From NCBI RefSeq assembly GCF_000007145.1, contig NC_003902.1, positions 2,017,436 through 2,049,435 on the forward strand: 32,000 nt of DNA. The letters are read 5' to 3'. This DNA is from Xanthomonas campestris pv. campestris str. ATCC 33913 (GTDB taxonomy: Bacteria; Pseudomonadota; Gammaproteobacteria; Xanthomonadales; Xanthomonadaceae). The notes beneath the pieces were generated by a model. The model ran no database searches. It saw nothing but the letters and a program-made list of their open reading frames with translations, and was not told the DNA's origin. A program made the position numbers and the translations under genes. This document shows, one piece after another, positions 17,587 to 27,859 of the stretch; within the stretch, counting starts at the first letter, position 1, and the number at the start of each line of letters is the position of its first letter.

Positions 17587-19326
17587 ATGTCCATGCATTC
17601 CCCCGTTGCACGCGTGATCCCCCGTTCGCTGGCCGGCCGTTGCCTGCGGCCGTTGCTGTTGTCTTCCCTGGCGGTGGCGCTGGCCGCCTGCCAGTCCGGC
17701 GAGCCGGACAGCGCCGCGAAGCCGCAGGCCGCCGCAACGCCAGGTACCACGGCACCGGCCACGGCGCCTGCCGCCGCACCGGCGACGCAGACCCCGATGC
17801 CGCAATTCGTCAGCAAGGACGGCAAGCACGCCCTGATGGTGGACGGCGCGCCGTTCCTGATCCTCGGCGCGCAGGTCAACAATTCCAGCAACTATCCCGG
17901 CGTGATGGACAAGGTGTGGCCGGCGATGCAGGTGCTGGGCCCGAACACCGTGCAGGTGCCGATCGCCTGGGAGCAGGTGGAGCCGGAAGAAGGCAAGTTC
18001 GATTTCTCCTTTGTCGACACGTTGCTGGCGCAGGCGCGCGAGCACAAGGTGCGGCTGGTGCTGCTGTGGTTCGCCACCTGGAAGAACAATGGCCCGGCCT
18101 ACGCGCCGCATTGGGTGAAGACCGACAACCAGCGCTTCCCGCGCGTGGTGACGCGCGAAGGCAAGGCGATCGGGTCGCTGTCGCCGCATGCGCAGGCCAC
18201 GCTGGATGCCGACCGCAAGGCGTTCGTCGCCTTCATGCAGCATCTCAAGCAGGTCGATCCGCAGCACACGGTGATCATGATCCAGCCGGAAAACGAGCCG
18301 GGCACCTACGGTAGCGTGCGCGACTTCTCGCCGATGGCGCAGAAGTTGTTCGACGGCCCGGTGCCGGACGAACTGCTCAAGCGATTGAACAAGCAGCCGG
18401 GCAGCTGGGCGCAGGTGTTTGGCGCCGATGCCGACGAGATCTTCCACGCATGGTCGATCGGTCGTTACATCGATCAGGTGGCCGAAGCCGGCAAGCAAGC
18501 CTATCCGCTGCCGATGTACGTCAATGCGGCGTTGCGCGGGCCGTTCAATCCGGGCCAGCCCGGCCAGTACGCCAGCGGTGGCCCCACCGATAACGTGCTC
18601 GACGTGTGGAAGGCCGCCGGCCCGCATATCGACCTGCTGGCACCGGACATCTACATGCCCGAGTACCGCATGTACACCACGGTGCTGGAGCGCTACGCGC
18701 GCCCGGACAATGCCTTGTTCGTGGCTGAAACCGGCAACCGCCCGGAATACGCGCGTTACCTGTTCCCCACGCTGGGGCACGACGGCGTCGGCTGGTCGGC
18801 ATTCGGCATGGACTACACGCGCTATTCCAACTATCCGCTGGGCGCCAAGCACGTCAACGAAGAAACCCTGGCGCCGTTTGCGCTGGGCTTCAAGCTGGTA
18901 AGCCTAGGCATGCGCCCGTTCGCCAAGGCTGCATCCGAAGGCAAGCTGCACGGCACCGCCGAAGAACCCGGCCAGGCCGTGCAGGAGCTCAAGCTCAACG
19001 ACCGCTGGAGCGCCACCATCACCTACGGCGTGCCGCAGTTCTGGTTCAAGGGCGAGCCGCCGGGCAACCCCGAGCCGATCGGCGCGGCACTGATTGCCGA
19101 GCTGGGCCCGGACGAATTCCTGGTCACCGGTTACCACGTGCGCGTGACCCTGCATCCGGCTAGCGAAGCCACCGCCAACATGCTCTACGACCGCGTGGAA
19201 GAGGGCCAGTACGACGGCGACACCTGGCAGTTCCAGCGCAACTGGAATGGCGACCAGACCGACTACGGCGTCAATTTCTCCAGTGCACCGCAGCTGCTCA
19301 AGATCAAGCTGGCCACCTACAACTAA
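17587..19326 (+). CDS. clan GH-A beta-galactosidase (GH35-like with a C-terminal beta-sandwich), lipoprotein, about 579 aa
   Basis: The lipobox is LAVALAAC. The TIM-barrel motifs are [26 protein letters not shown]...[14 protein letters not shown]...IMIQPENEP (acid/base NE). The start is uncertain: ATG 17587 lies 4 nt after GGAG, GTG 17572 would overlap the esterase stop, and ATG 17593 is also possible. Confidence 0.7.
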   Translation: MSMHSPVARVIPRSLAGRCLRPLLLSSLAVALAACQSGEPDSAAKPQAAATPGTTAPATAPAAAPATQTPMPQFVSKDGKHALMVDGAPFLILGAQVNNSSNYPGVMDKVWPAMQVLGPNTVQVPIAWEQVEPEEGKFDFSFVDTLLAQAREHKVRLVLLWFATWKNNGPAYAPHWVKTDNQRFPRVVTREGKAIGSLSPHAQATLDADRKAFVAFMQHLKQVDPQHTVIMIQPENEPGTYGSVRDFSPMAQKLFDGPVPDELLKRLNKQPGSWAQVFGADADEIFHAWSIGRYIDQVAEAGKQAYPLPMYVNAALRGPFNPGQPGQYASGGPTDNVLDVWKAAGPHIDLLAPDIYMPEYRMYTTVLERYARPDNALFVAETGNRPEYARYLFPTLGHDGVGWSAFGMDYTRYSNYPLGAKHVNEETLAPFALGFKLVSLGMRPFAKAASEGKLHGTAEEPGQAVQELKLNDRWSATITYGVPQFWFKGEPPGNPEPIGAALIAELGPDEFLVTGYHVRVTLHPASEATANMLYDRVEEGQYDGDTWQFQRNWNGDQTDYGVNFSSAPQLLKIKLATYN

Positions 19327-19476
19327 GAGCAGCTATCAAAACTACTGCGCAGCCGCCAGGCGGGCGCGGCCGGTGCTCGGAATCGGCATGTACCCCCGTA
19401 CACTCCGGTTCCTCCGCGCCGTCCGCACCCACCTAACGACTGCTCGCTACGTTTTGTTAGCCGCTCTAAGTCCCCA

Positions 19477-19500
19477 CACGCCGCGCAGCTGCGTGGCGTG
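19477..19500. promoter_or_regulatory. 24-nt near-perfect palindrome in the GH35/GH31 spacer
   Basis: CACGCCGCGCAGCTGCGTGGCGTG has 22 of 24 positions self-complementary (11 of 12 dyad pairs are Watson-Crick, and the twelfth can form one G-U pair in RNA). It is centred on CAGCTG. It could be an operator or an RNA hairpin. Confidence 0.3.
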
Positions 19501-19530
19501 CGGCGCACCGCACATCCATCGAACCCAGTG

Positions 19531-19548
19531 CTGCCGCCCCCGCGGCAG
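19531..19548 (+). terminator. weak terminator or attenuator-like hairpin before the GH31 RBS
   Basis: CTGCCGC-cccc-GCGGCAG is followed by TGTTTCG. It is the third of three consecutive stem-loops, the second being GTGCGG-cgca-CCGCAC at 19498-19513. Confidence 0.3.
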
Positions 19549-19574
19549 TGTTTCGCCATTCAAAGGGAGTGAAC

Positions 19575-22478
19575 ATGCAAACCACCCACCATTCCGCCGG
19601 CCGTGCGCCCGCATCCCGACGTCGGCCGCTCGCGCAATGCGTGGCGCTGTCGTTGGCCTTGTTGGCCAATGCCGCGTATGCGCAGGAAGTGCGCAAGGCC
19701 GCCGACGGCGTCACCGTGATGCCGAGCGCCAAGGGTGCCGCAGCGGTGCGTCTGCAGGTGGTCGATGCCGGCATCATCCGCGTCAGTGCCGATCCCGATG
19801 GCGACTTCGCGCGCACGCCCAGCCTGATGCGCGTGCCGGTGCAGGGCGATACCGCCTTCCAGGTGGCCGAGCAGGGCGACAGCGTGCAGCTGAAGACCGG
19901 CAAGGTCACCGCCACCGTGTCCACCGTCGATGGCCATGTCAGCTTCGCCGATGCCAATGGCAAGCCGGTGTTGTCCGAAGTGGCCGGCGGGCGCAGCTTT
20001 GCGCCGCTGAAAGTGGAAGGCAAGCAGTACCTGAGCGTGCGTCAGCGTTTCCAGTCGCCCGATGACGAAGGCTTGTACGGCTTCGGCCAGCACCAGCAGG
20101 GCTGGATGAACCAGAAGGGCCGCAACGTCGAGCTGCAGCAGAACAACATCGACATGGCGGTGCCGTACCTGGTGTCCAGCCGCAACTACGGCCTGCTGTG
20201 GGACAACAACTCGATCACCCGCCTGGGCGATCCGCGCGGCCTGCAGCCGCTGCCCAAGTCGCTCAAGTTGTACGACGCCAAGGGCAAGTCCGGTGCACTG
20301 ACCGCGCGCTACGCCATCAATGGCAAGCAGGTGCTGGAACGCCGCGAGAGCGAAGTGAATTACCAGTACCTCAGCGACCTGACCAAGTTCCCGAAGAAGG
20401 CGATCACCAAGGACAAGGACAGCCGCATGCAGGTCACCTGGGAGGGCGAGATCGAAGCGCTCACCGGTGGCGAGCACACCTTCTCGCTGTACTCGAGCGA
20501 GTACGCCAAGCTGTACGTGGACGGCAAGCTGGTGATCGATCGCTGGCGCCAGAACTGGAACCCCTGGAATCACGAGTTCAAGCTGGATCTGGAGCCCGGC
20601 ACGCGGCACACCGTCAAGATCGAATGGGATCTGATCGACCCCAGCTACATCGCGCTGCTGCACCGCGACCCACTGCCCGCCACCGAGGCGAAGGATCTCT
20701 CGCTGTGGTCCGAAGCCGGACAGATGATCGACTACTACTTCGTCTCGGCCGACTCCTACGACCAGGCCGTGGCCGGTTACCGCGAACTCACCGGCAAGTC
20801 GGTGATGCTGCCGAAGTGGGCGTATGGCTTCTGGCAGAGCCGCGAGCGCTACAAGAGCCAGGACGAACTGGTGGGCGCGGTGGCCGAATACCGCAAGCGC
20901 AAGCTGTCGCTGGACAACATCGTGCTCGACTGGTCGTACTGGCCGGAAAACGCCTGGGGCTCGCATGATTTCGATCCGCAGCATTTCCCGGACCCGGACG
21001 GCATGGTCAAGGCCGTGCACGACATGCACGCGCAGATCATGATTTCGATCTGGCCCAAGTTCTATCCCACCACCGCCAACTACAAGGAACTGGACGCGGC
21101 GGGTTTCATGTTCAAGCGCAACGTCGAAGTCGGCGAGCTGGACTGGATCGGCAAGGGCTACAAGAACTCGTTCTACGACCCGTACTCCGAAAAGGCCCAG
21201 GCCATCTACTGGCGCCAGATCAACGAAAAGCTCAACAGCAAGGGCTTCGATGCCTGGTGGATGGACGCCGACGAGCCGGACGTGCATTCCAACCTGGACA
21301 TCGGTGAGCGCAAGGCACGCACCACGCCGACCGCGTTGGGCCCTTCAACCGAGTTCTTCAATTCGTATCCGTTGCCGCACACGCACGGCGTGTACGTGGG
21401 TGACCGCGCCGCCGACGACAAGCGCGTGTTCATCCTCTCGCGCAAGGGCTATGCCGGCACGCAACGCAATGCAGTGGCGGTATGGAGCGGCGACATCGTC
21501 TCGCGTTGGGACGACATGCACGACCAGATTTCCGCCGGCGTGAACATGGCGCTGTCGGGCCTGCCGAACTGGACCTTCGACATCGGCGGCTTTGCGGTGG
21601 AGAAGCGTTACGAAAACCAGGACCCGGCGCATCTGCCGGAATGGCGCGAACTCAACACGCGCTGGTTCCAGTTCGGTGCGTTCGTGCCGATCTTCCGCTC
21701 GCATGGCCAGTTCCCGTACCGCGAGATCTGGAACATCGCCCCGGAAGGCACGCCGTTCTACGAGAGCATGGCCTACTACAACCGCCTGCGTTACGCCCTG
21801 CTGCCGTACATCTACAGCCTGGCCGGCGATACCTACCAGCGTGACGGCGTGATCATGCGCGGCATGATGATGGACTTCCCGGATGACGCGAAGGCACGCG
21901 ACATCAACGACCAGTACCTGTTCGGCCCGGCATTCCTGGTCGCACCGGTGACCCGCTTCGGCGCGACCTCGCGGCAGGTGTATCTGCCGGCCGGCAGCAG
22001 CTGGCTGGATTTCGCCACCGGCAAGCGCTACGAGGGTGGCCAGACCATCGAGGCCGCCGCGCCGATCGAACGCATGCCGCTGTTCGTGCGTGCCGGCTCC
22101 ATCGTGCCCACCGGCCCGGTGCAGGAGTACGTTGACCAGAAGCCGGATGCGCCGCTCACCGTGGTGGTCTACACGGGTGCCAATGGTCAGTTCTCGTTGT
22201 ATGAGGACGACGGCAAAGGCTATGGCTACGAGAAGGGCGAGTTCAGCCGCATTCCGCTGAGCTGGGACCAGGCCAAGGGCGAGCTGCGCATCGGCCAGCG
22301 CGAAGGCAGCTGGACCGGCATGCAGGCCAAGCGCACCATCAATGTGCGTTTTGTCGACGGACCGCGTGAGGACGCCGGTGCGCTGGAGCCCAAGGTGGAC
22401 ACCAGCATCCAGTACGACGGCAAGCCGGTCAGCGTGTTGCAGCGCAAGATTGCGCCCGGCAAAGCGCGTCGTCGATGA
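19575..22478 (+). CDS. GH31 alpha-xylosidase with a PA14 insertion, 967 aa
   Basis: The signal peptide ends ...LLANAAYAQE. The GH31 nucleophile region is KGFDAWWMDADEPD, and WSGD and FRSHG motifs are present. A PA14-like insert reads TARYAINGKQV...GEHTFSLYSSEYAKLYVDGKLVIDRW. Alpha-xylosidase specificity is inferred from context. Confidence 0.85.
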   Translation: MQTTHHSAGRAPASRRRPLAQCVALSLALLANAAYAQEVRKAADGVTVMPSAKGAAAVRLQVVDAGIIRVSADPDGDFARTPSLMRVPVQGDTAFQVAEQGDSVQLKTGKVTATVSTVDGHVSFADANGKPVLSEVAGGRSFAPLKVEGKQYLSVRQRFQSPDDEGLYGFGQHQQGWMNQKGRNVELQQNNIDMAVPYLVSSRNYGLLWDNNSITRLGDPRGLQPLPKSLKLYDAKGKSGALTARYAINGKQVLERRESEVNYQYLSDLTKFPKKAITKDKDSRMQVTWEGEIEALTGGEHTFSLYSSEYAKLYVDGKLVIDRWRQNWNPWNHEFKLDLEPGTRHTVKIEWDLIDPSYIALLHRDPLPATEAKDLSLWSEAGQMIDYYFVSADSYDQAVAGYRELTGKSVMLPKWAYGFWQSRERYKSQDELVGAVAEYRKRKLSLDNIVLDWSYWPENAWGSHDFDPQHFPDPDGMVKAVHDMHAQIMISIWPKFYPTTANYKELDAAGFMFKRNVEVGELDWIGKGYKNSFYDPYSEKAQAIYWRQINEKLNSKGFDAWWMDADEPDVHSNLDIGERKARTTPTALGPSTEFFNSYPLPHTHGVYVGDRAADDKRVFILSRKGYAGTQRNAVAVWSGDIVSRWDDMHDQISAGVNMALSGLPNWTFDIGGFAVEKRYENQDPAHLPEWRELNTRWFQFGAFVPIFRSHGQFPYREIWNIAPEGTPFYESMAYYNRLRYALLPYIYSLAGDTYQRDGVIMRGMMMDFPDDAKARDINDQYLFGPAFLVAPVTRFGATSRQVYLPAGSSWLDFATGKRYEGGQTIEAAAPIERMPLFVRAGSIVPTGPVQEYVDQKPDAPLTVVVYTGANGQFSLYEDDGKGYGYEKGEFSRIPLSWDQAKGELRIGQREGSWTGMQAKRTINVRFVDGPREDAGALEPKVDTSIQYDGKPVSVLQRKIAPGKARRR

Positions 22479-22560
22479 TTGCAGGCTGTCTTTCCACGAT
22501 GAGTGTGCAGATGCCGGAGCGCCGCAAGGCACACGCGCGCAGTTCCGGTGAAGCCGCACG

Positions 22561-24933
22561 GTGGTCACCGTGCTGACACGCAGAGAACTCTGCAAGGCAA
22601 CCGGGGCCGCAGTCGCGGTCCTGGGTGGCGCTCCGGCGTTGTCGCAGGCAGCCGACATCGCGCCATTGCCTGCGGTCGCCCCGGACGATGCCTTGCACCT
22701 GTGGTATCGCGAGCCGGCCAATGAATGGGTGCAGGCCTTGCCGGTCGGCAACGGCCGGCTGGGCGCGATGGTGTGGGGCGGCATCGCCCACGAGCGTCTG
22801 CAACTCAACGAAGACACGCTGTATGCCGGTGGCCCGTACGACGCCACCAATCCGCAGGCGCTGGCGGCGTTGCCGCAGGTTCGCGCGCTGATCTTTGCCG
22901 GCCGCTATGCGGAGGCCGAGCAGCTGGCCGATGCCAAGCTGTTGTCGCGCCCGCTCAAGCAGATGCCGTACCAGCCGTTGGGCGATCTGTTGCTGGATTT
23001 CGACCGTGCCGACGGCATCAGTGAGTACCGTCGGCAGCTCGATCTGGATACCGCAGTGGCCACCACCACGTTCCGCTCCGGCGGCGCGGTGCACCGGCGC
23101 GAGGTGTTCGTGTCGGCGCAGTCGCAGTGCATCGTGGTGCGTCTGTCCTGCGATCGGCCGGGTGGTATTTCATTGCGGGTGGGCATCGACAGCCCGCAGA
23201 GCGGCGAGGTCACGGTAGAGCAGGGCAGCCTGCTGTTCAGTGGCCGCAATGGCAGCTTCGCCGGCATCGACGGCAAGCTGCGCTTTGCATTGCGCGTGCT
23301 GCCCCAGGTCAAGGGTGGCAGCGTCACCGCGGTGCGCGACCGTCTGCGTATCCAGGGTGCCGATGAAGTGGTGTTGCTGCTGACCGCAGCCACCAGCTAC
23401 CAACGTTTCGATGCGGTGGAGGGCGATCCGCTCGCGCTCACCGTGGCAAGCCTGCAAAAAGCCGGCAAGCTCAGCTACGCCGCGTTGTTGCGCGCGCATT
23501 TGGCCGATCATCAACGCCTGTTCCGGCGCGTGGCGATCGACCTGGGCAGCAGCGAAGCGGCCAGGCTTCCCACCGACGAGCGCGTGCAGCGCTTTGCCGA
23601 GGGCAACGACCCGGCACTGGCAGCGCTGTATCACCAGTACGGCCGCTATCTGCTGATCTGCAGCTCGCGGCCCGGCACTCAACCGGCCAACCTGCAGGGC
23701 ATCTGGAATGACCTGATGCAGCCGCCGTGGGAGAGCAAGTACACCATCAACATCAACACCGAGATGAACTACTGGCCCAGCGAAGCCAACGCACTGCACG
23801 AGTGCGTGGAACCGCTGGAAGCCATGCTGTTCGATCTCGCCCGCACCGGTGCACACACCGCCCGTGCGCTGTACGACGCGCCCGGCTGGGTGGTCCACAA
23901 CAATACCGATCTATGGCGCCAGGCCGGGCCGATCGACGGTGCGCAGTGGAGCCTGTGGCCGATGGGCGGGGTGTGGTTGCTGCAGCAGTTGTGGGACCGC
24001 TGGGACTACGGCCGCGACCGTGCGTATCTGGCCAAGATCTATCCCTTGTTCAAGGGGGCGGCAGAGTTCTTCGTCGCCACCCTGGTGCGCGACCCCGGCA
24101 CCGGCGCGATGGTGACCAATCCGTCGATGTCGCCGGAAAACCAGCACCCATTCGGGGCGGCGGTCTGCGCCGGCCCGACCATGGATGCGCAGCTGTTGCG
24201 CGACCTGTTCGCGCAGTGCATCGCGATGAGCAAGTTGCTTGACGTCGATGCCGCGCTGGCACAGCAGCTGGCCACGCTGCGCGAGCAATTGCCGCCCAAC
24301 CGCATCGGCAAGGCGGGGCAGTTGCAGGAGTGGCAGCAGGACTGGGACATGCAGGCGCCGGAGATCCATCACCGCCACGTCTCGCATCTGTATGCCTTGC
24401 ATCCCTCCAGCCAGATCAACCTGCGTGACACGCCCGAGTTGGCGGCCGCCGCGCGACGTTCGCTGGAGATTCGCGGCGACAACGCCACCGGCTGGGGCAT
24501 CGGCTGGCGCCTGAACCTGTGGGCGCGGCTGGCCGACGGCGAGCATGCGTACCGCATCCTGCAACTGCTGCTCTCGCCCGAGCGCACCTATCCGAACCTG
24601 TTCGACGCACATCCGCCGTTCCAGATCGATGGCAACTTCGGCGGCACCGCCGGCATTACCGAGATGCTGCTGCAAAGCTGGGGTGGCAGTGTGTTCCTGC
24701 TGCCGGCCTTGCCCAAGGCCTGGCCGCGCGGCAGCGTGCGCGGCCTGCGTGTGCGCGGCGGCGCCAGCGTGGATCTGGAATGGGATGCAGGTCGCTTGCA
24801 GCAGGCCCGTGTGCACAGCGATCGTGGCGGGCGCTATCAACTGTCCTATGCAGGGCAGACCCTGGACCTGCAACTGGGCGCCGGGCGCACCCAGCAGGTG
24901 GGCCTCAACAACAACCGATTGGTGAAGCAATGA
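22561..24933 (+). CDS. GH95 alpha-L-fucosidase, about 790 aa, with a Tat-like signal
   Basis: The N-terminus reads LHLWYREPANEWVQALPVGNGRLGAMVWGGIAHERLQLNEDTLYAGGP. Later motifs are NTEMNYWP, HRHVSHLYALHP and ATGWGIGWRLNLWARL. The N-terminal TRRELCKATGAAVAVLGG...LSQAAD resembles a twin-arginine signal. The start (GTG 22561 or GTG 22570) is uncertain. Confidence 0.85.
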   Translation: MVTVLTRRELCKATGAAVAVLGGAPALSQAADIAPLPAVAPDDALHLWYREPANEWVQALPVGNGRLGAMVWGGIAHERLQLNEDTLYAGGPYDATNPQALAALPQVRALIFAGRYAEAEQLADAKLLSRPLKQMPYQPLGDLLLDFDRADGISEYRRQLDLDTAVATTTFRSGGAVHRREVFVSAQSQCIVVRLSCDRPGGISLRVGIDSPQSGEVTVEQGSLLFSGRNGSFAGIDGKLRFALRVLPQVKGGSVTAVRDRLRIQGADEVVLLLTAATSYQRFDAVEGDPLALTVASLQKAGKLSYAALLRAHLADHQRLFRRVAIDLGSSEAARLPTDERVQRFAEGNDPALAALYHQYGRYLLICSSRPGTQPANLQGIWNDLMQPPWESKYTININTEMNYWPSEANALHECVEPLEAMLFDLARTGAHTARALYDAPGWVVHNNTDLWRQAGPIDGAQWSLWPMGGVWLLQQLWDRWDYGRDRAYLAKIYPLFKGAAEFFVATLVRDPGTGAMVTNPSMSPENQHPFGAAVCAGPTMDAQLLRDLFAQCIAMSKLLDVDAALAQQLATLREQLPPNRIGKAGQLQEWQQDWDMQAPEIHHRHVSHLYALHPSSQINLRDTPELAAAARRSLEIRGDNATGWGIGWRLNLWARLADGEHAYRILQLLLSPERTYPNLFDAHPPFQIDGNFGGTAGITEMLLQSWGGSVFLLPALPKAWPRGSVRGLRVRGGASVDLEWDAGRLQQARVHSDRGGRYQLSYAGQTLDLQLGAGRTQQVGLNNNRLVKQ

Positions 24934-26423
24934 GCGTGTACGTAGGACTGGATGTCGGCACACAGAGCGTCAAGCTGGTGGCCTACGATCCGCAGGAGCG
25001 CGCTGTGGTCGCCACCATCGGCGCGCCGATGGAATTGATCAGCCGCGACGATGGCACCCGCGAGCAGCAGGCGCAGTGGTGGATCGACGGCATCGTGCAT
25101 TGCTTCGCGCAGCTCGATGCCGAGCTGCGTGCGCGCGTGCGCGGCATCTCGGTGTCCGGGCAGCAGCATGGCTTCGTGCCGGTGGCCGCCGATGGCAGCG
25201 TCACCGCGCCGGTGAAGCTGTGGTGCGATACCAGCACCGCGCTGGAATGCGACGAGATCATGGATGCGGTGGGCGGTGCGGCAGGCAGCGTGGCCACCGC
25301 CGGCAACCCGATCATGGCCGGCTACACGGCATCCAAATTGCCGTGGACGCGCAAGCATCGCCCCGAGGCGTATGCGGCGATGACCACGGTGATGTTGCCG
25401 CATGACTACGTGAACTTCTGGCTCACCGGCGAGCGCTTCACCGAGGTGGGTGATGCCTCCGGGACCGGTTGGCTGGATGTGCGCACCCGCCAGTGGTCCG
25501 AGCGCATGCTTGGCGCGATGGATGCGCAACGCGATCTGCGCGATGCCTTGCCGCCGCTGGTGGAGACCGGCGCAGTGTTCGCCCTGTCCGATGCAGCTGC
25601 AGAAGCGCTCGCATTGCCGGCCGGCGTGCGCGTCACCACCGGCGGTGGCGACAACATGATGGCGGCGATCGGTACCGGCAATGTGGTGCCCGGCCGCCTG
25701 ACCATGAGCCTGGGCACCTCCGGCACCTTGTTTGCCTACGCCGATCATCCAGTGGTGGACGACGACGCACGCTGGGCCGCGTTTTGCTCGTCCAGCGGTG
25801 GCTGGTTGCCGTTGATCTGCACCATGAACTGCACCGTGGCCACCGAAGCGGTGATGCGCATGTTCTCCATCACCCGTGCGCAGACCGAGGCCATGATCGC
25901 CGACACCACGCCCGGTGCCGACGGGCTGGTGCTGTTGCCGTTCTTCAACGGCGAGCGCACACCCAATCTGCCGGATGCGCGTGGCTGCCTGTTCGGCATG
26001 GATCTGCACAACACCACGCCGGCGCATTTCTATCGCGCGGCGATGGAAGGGGCCACCTACAGCCTGCGCAATGGCTTCGACGCCTTTGTCGCCGCCGGCC
26101 TGCAGTTCGATACCATCCTGCTCACCGGCGGCGGCAGCAAGAGCGCGCAGTGGCGGCAGATGGTGGCCGACGTGTTCAACCTGCAGGTGGTGGTGCCGAC
26201 CCAGCCCGAAGGCGCGGCGTTTGGTGCCGCGCTGCAGGCGGTGTGGGCCTGCGACCGCGACGATGGCGGCCAGGCCGCGTTGTCGGAGGTGGTGCTGGAG
26301 CACCTGCAGATCGACGATGCATTGTCGGCGCGCCCGGATCCGCAACGCGTGGCCGCCTACCAGCAGCACTACCAGAACTTCCTCAAGCACCTGCACGTCG
26401 TCAGCCCGCTCTACGCCGGCTGA
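24930..26423 (+). CDS. xylB: xylulokinase (FGGY family), 497 aa
   Basis: MSVYVGLDVGTQSVKLVAYD...ISVSGQQHGFV...GGGDNMMAAIGTG...LLTGGGSKSAQWRQMVADVF are FGGY kinase motifs. The ATG overlaps the GH95 stop as ATGA (24930-24933). The track ORF start at 24519 is an artefactual extension. Confidence 0.9.
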   Translation: MSVYVGLDVGTQSVKLVAYDPQERAVVATIGAPMELISRDDGTREQQAQWWIDGIVHCFAQLDAELRARVRGISVSGQQHGFVPVAADGSVTAPVKLWCDTSTALECDEIMDAVGGAAGSVATAGNPIMAGYTASKLPWTRKHRPEAYAAMTTVMLPHDYVNFWLTGERFTEVGDASGTGWLDVRTRQWSERMLGAMDAQRDLRDALPPLVETGAVFALSDAAAEALALPAGVRVTTGGGDNMMAAIGTGNVVPGRLTMSLGTSGTLFAYADHPVVDDDARWAAFCSSSGGWLPLICTMNCTVATEAVMRMFSITRAQTEAMIADTTPGADGLVLLPFFNGERTPNLPDARGCLFGMDLHNTTPAHFYRAAMEGATYSLRNGFDAFVAAGLQFDTILLTGGGSKSAQWRQMVADVFNLQVVVPTQPEGAAFGAALQAVWACDRDDGGQAALSEVVLEHLQIDDALSARPDPQRVAAYQQHYQNFLKHLHVVSPLYAG

Positions 26424-26459
26424 TTCATCACTCCCCCAGTACCAAGGACCTCTCACCCC

Positions 26460-27800
26460 ATGAGCAACACCGTTTTCATCGGCGCGAAAGAATACTTCCC
26501 CGGCATCGGCAAGATCGGCTTCGAAGGCCGCGATTCGGACAACCCGCTCGCATTCAAGGTGTACGACGCCAACAAGCAGGTCGCCGGCAAGTCCATGGCC
26601 GAACACCTGCGCTTTGCGGTGGCCTACTGGCACAGCTTCTGCGGCAATGGCGCCGATCCGTTCGGCCCGGGCACGCGTGCGTATCCGTGGGACGTAGGCA
26701 ACACCGCGCTGGCGCGTGCCGAAGCCAAGTCCGATGCCGCGTTCGAATTCTTCACCAAGCTCGGCGTGCCGTATTACTGCTTTCACGACATCGACCTGGC
26801 GCCGGATGCGGACGACATCGGCGAGTACGAAAACAACCTCAAGCACATGGTGCGCATTGCCAAGCAGCGCCAGGCCGACACCGGCGTCAAGCTGCTGTGG
26901 GGCACCGCCAATCTGTTCTCGCACCCGCGCTACATGAATGGTGCCTCCACTAATCCGGACTTCAACGTCGTGGCGCGCGCCGCGGTGCAGGTCAAGGCGG
27001 CGATCGATGCCACGGTGGAGCTGGGCGGGGAAAACTACGTGTTCTGGGGCGGTCGCGAAGGCTACGCCTGCCTGCACAACACGCAAATGAAGCGCGAGCA
27101 GGACAACATGGCGCGCTTCCTGACCCTGGCGCGCGACTACGGGCGTGCGATTGGCTTTACCGGCAACTTCCTGATCGAGCCCAAGCCCATGGAGCCGATG
27201 AAGCACCAGTACGACTTCGACAGCGCCACGGTGATCGGCTTCCTGCACCAGCACGGCCTGGACCAGGATTTCAAGCTCAATATCGAAGCCAACCACGCCA
27301 CGCTGTCGGGCCACAGCTTCGAGCACGACCTGCAGGTGGCCAGCGATGCCGGCCTGCTCGGCAGCATCGATGCCAACCGCGGCAACCCGCAGAACGGCTG
27401 GGATACCGACCAGTTCCCAACCGACCTGTACGACACCGTCGGCGCGATGCTGGTGGTGCTGCGTCAGGGCGGGCTGGCACCGGGCGGGCTGAACTTCGAT
27501 GCCAAGGTGCGGCGTGAATCGTCCGACCCGCAGGACCTGTTCCTGGCCCACATCGGCGGCATGGACGCGTTCGCACGCGGGCTGGAAGTGGCCGACGCGC
27601 TGCTGACCTCTTCGCCCCTGGAAACCTGGCGCGCGCAGCGTTACGCCAGCTTCGACAGCGGCGCGGGCGCGGACTTTGCCAACGGCACCAGCACGCTGGC
27701 GGACCTGGCCAAGTACGCCGCCGGCAGGGGCGAGCCGACGCAAGTCAGCGGCCGCCAGGAGGCCTACGAGAACCTGATCAATCAGTACCTGACGCGTTGA
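26460..27800 (+). CDS. xylA: xylose isomerase (long, class II type), 446 aa
   Basis: [23 protein letters not shown]...[13 protein letters not shown]...YYCFHDIDL...FWGGREGY...[10 protein letters not shown]...[18 protein letters not shown] are canonical XylA motifs. Confidence 0.95.
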   Translation: MSNTVFIGAKEYFPGIGKIGFEGRDSDNPLAFKVYDANKQVAGKSMAEHLRFAVAYWHSFCGNGADPFGPGTRAYPWDVGNTALARAEAKSDAAFEFFTKLGVPYYCFHDIDLAPDADDIGEYENNLKHMVRIAKQRQADTGVKLLWGTANLFSHPRYMNGASTNPDFNVVARAAVQVKAAIDATVELGGENYVFWGGREGYACLHNTQMKREQDNMARFLTLARDYGRAIGFTGNFLIEPKPMEPMKHQYDFDSATVIGFLHQHGLDQDFKLNIEANHATLSGHSFEHDLQVASDAGLLGSIDANRGNPQNGWDTDQFPTDLYDTVGAMLVVLRQGGLAPGGLNFDAKVRRESSDPQDLFLAHIGGMDAFARGLEVADALLTSSPLETWRAQRYASFDSGAGADFANGTSTLADLAKYAAGRGEPTQVSGRQEAYENLINQYLTR

Positions 27801-27808
27801 TGTCCCGT

Positions 27809-27859
27809 GGCCGGCGGCGCACTGCGTCGCCGGCCGATGGCGGTCACCCCCGTGACCGC
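27809..27859 (+). promoter_or_regulatory. two tandem GC-rich hairpins between xylA and the MFS porter
   Basis: The first hairpin is GGCCGGCGGCG...CGTCGCCGGCC (27809-27835, one mismatch). The second is GCGGTCAC-cccc-GTGACCGC (27840-27859). There is no U-tract. They may act as a partial terminator or an mRNA-processing or stability element. Confidence 0.3.

Noticed and set aside
7101-24929. The N-terminal extensions implied by the ORF-track starts (7101, 10291, 13207, 15485, 19548, 24519; also 2869-4182 and 4919-5731 on the minus strand).
   Set aside because: The extensions lack an RBS, are Pro/Arg/Ala-rich, overlap upstream genes or leaders, and precede obvious signal peptides or family N-termini that begin at internal ATGs with good Shine-Dalgarno sequences.
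7038-24963. Long minus-strand ORFs opposite the receptors and glycosidases: 7038-7937, 8154-9956, 10459-11790, 13261-15204, 14547-15536, 15821-17578, 17488-18852, 19560-21287, 21345-22850, 22429-23094, 23170-23898 and 23911-24963.
   Set aside because: All are antisense shadows of well-supported plus-strand genes. They have repetitive Arg/Ala/Gly/His-rich translations with no signal peptides or motifs, and several cross gene boundaries.
6949-26459. A search for a Xanthomonas xyl-box (TGGTAGCGCTACCA-like) or a PIP box (TTCGB-N15-TTCGB) in the promoter regions of the locus.
   Set aside because: I found no match by eye in the intergenic regions 6949-7205, 10119-10455, 13192-13302, 19327-19574 or 26424-26459. 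Isolated TTCGC pentamers lack a correctly spaced partner. Absence by manual scan is not proof.
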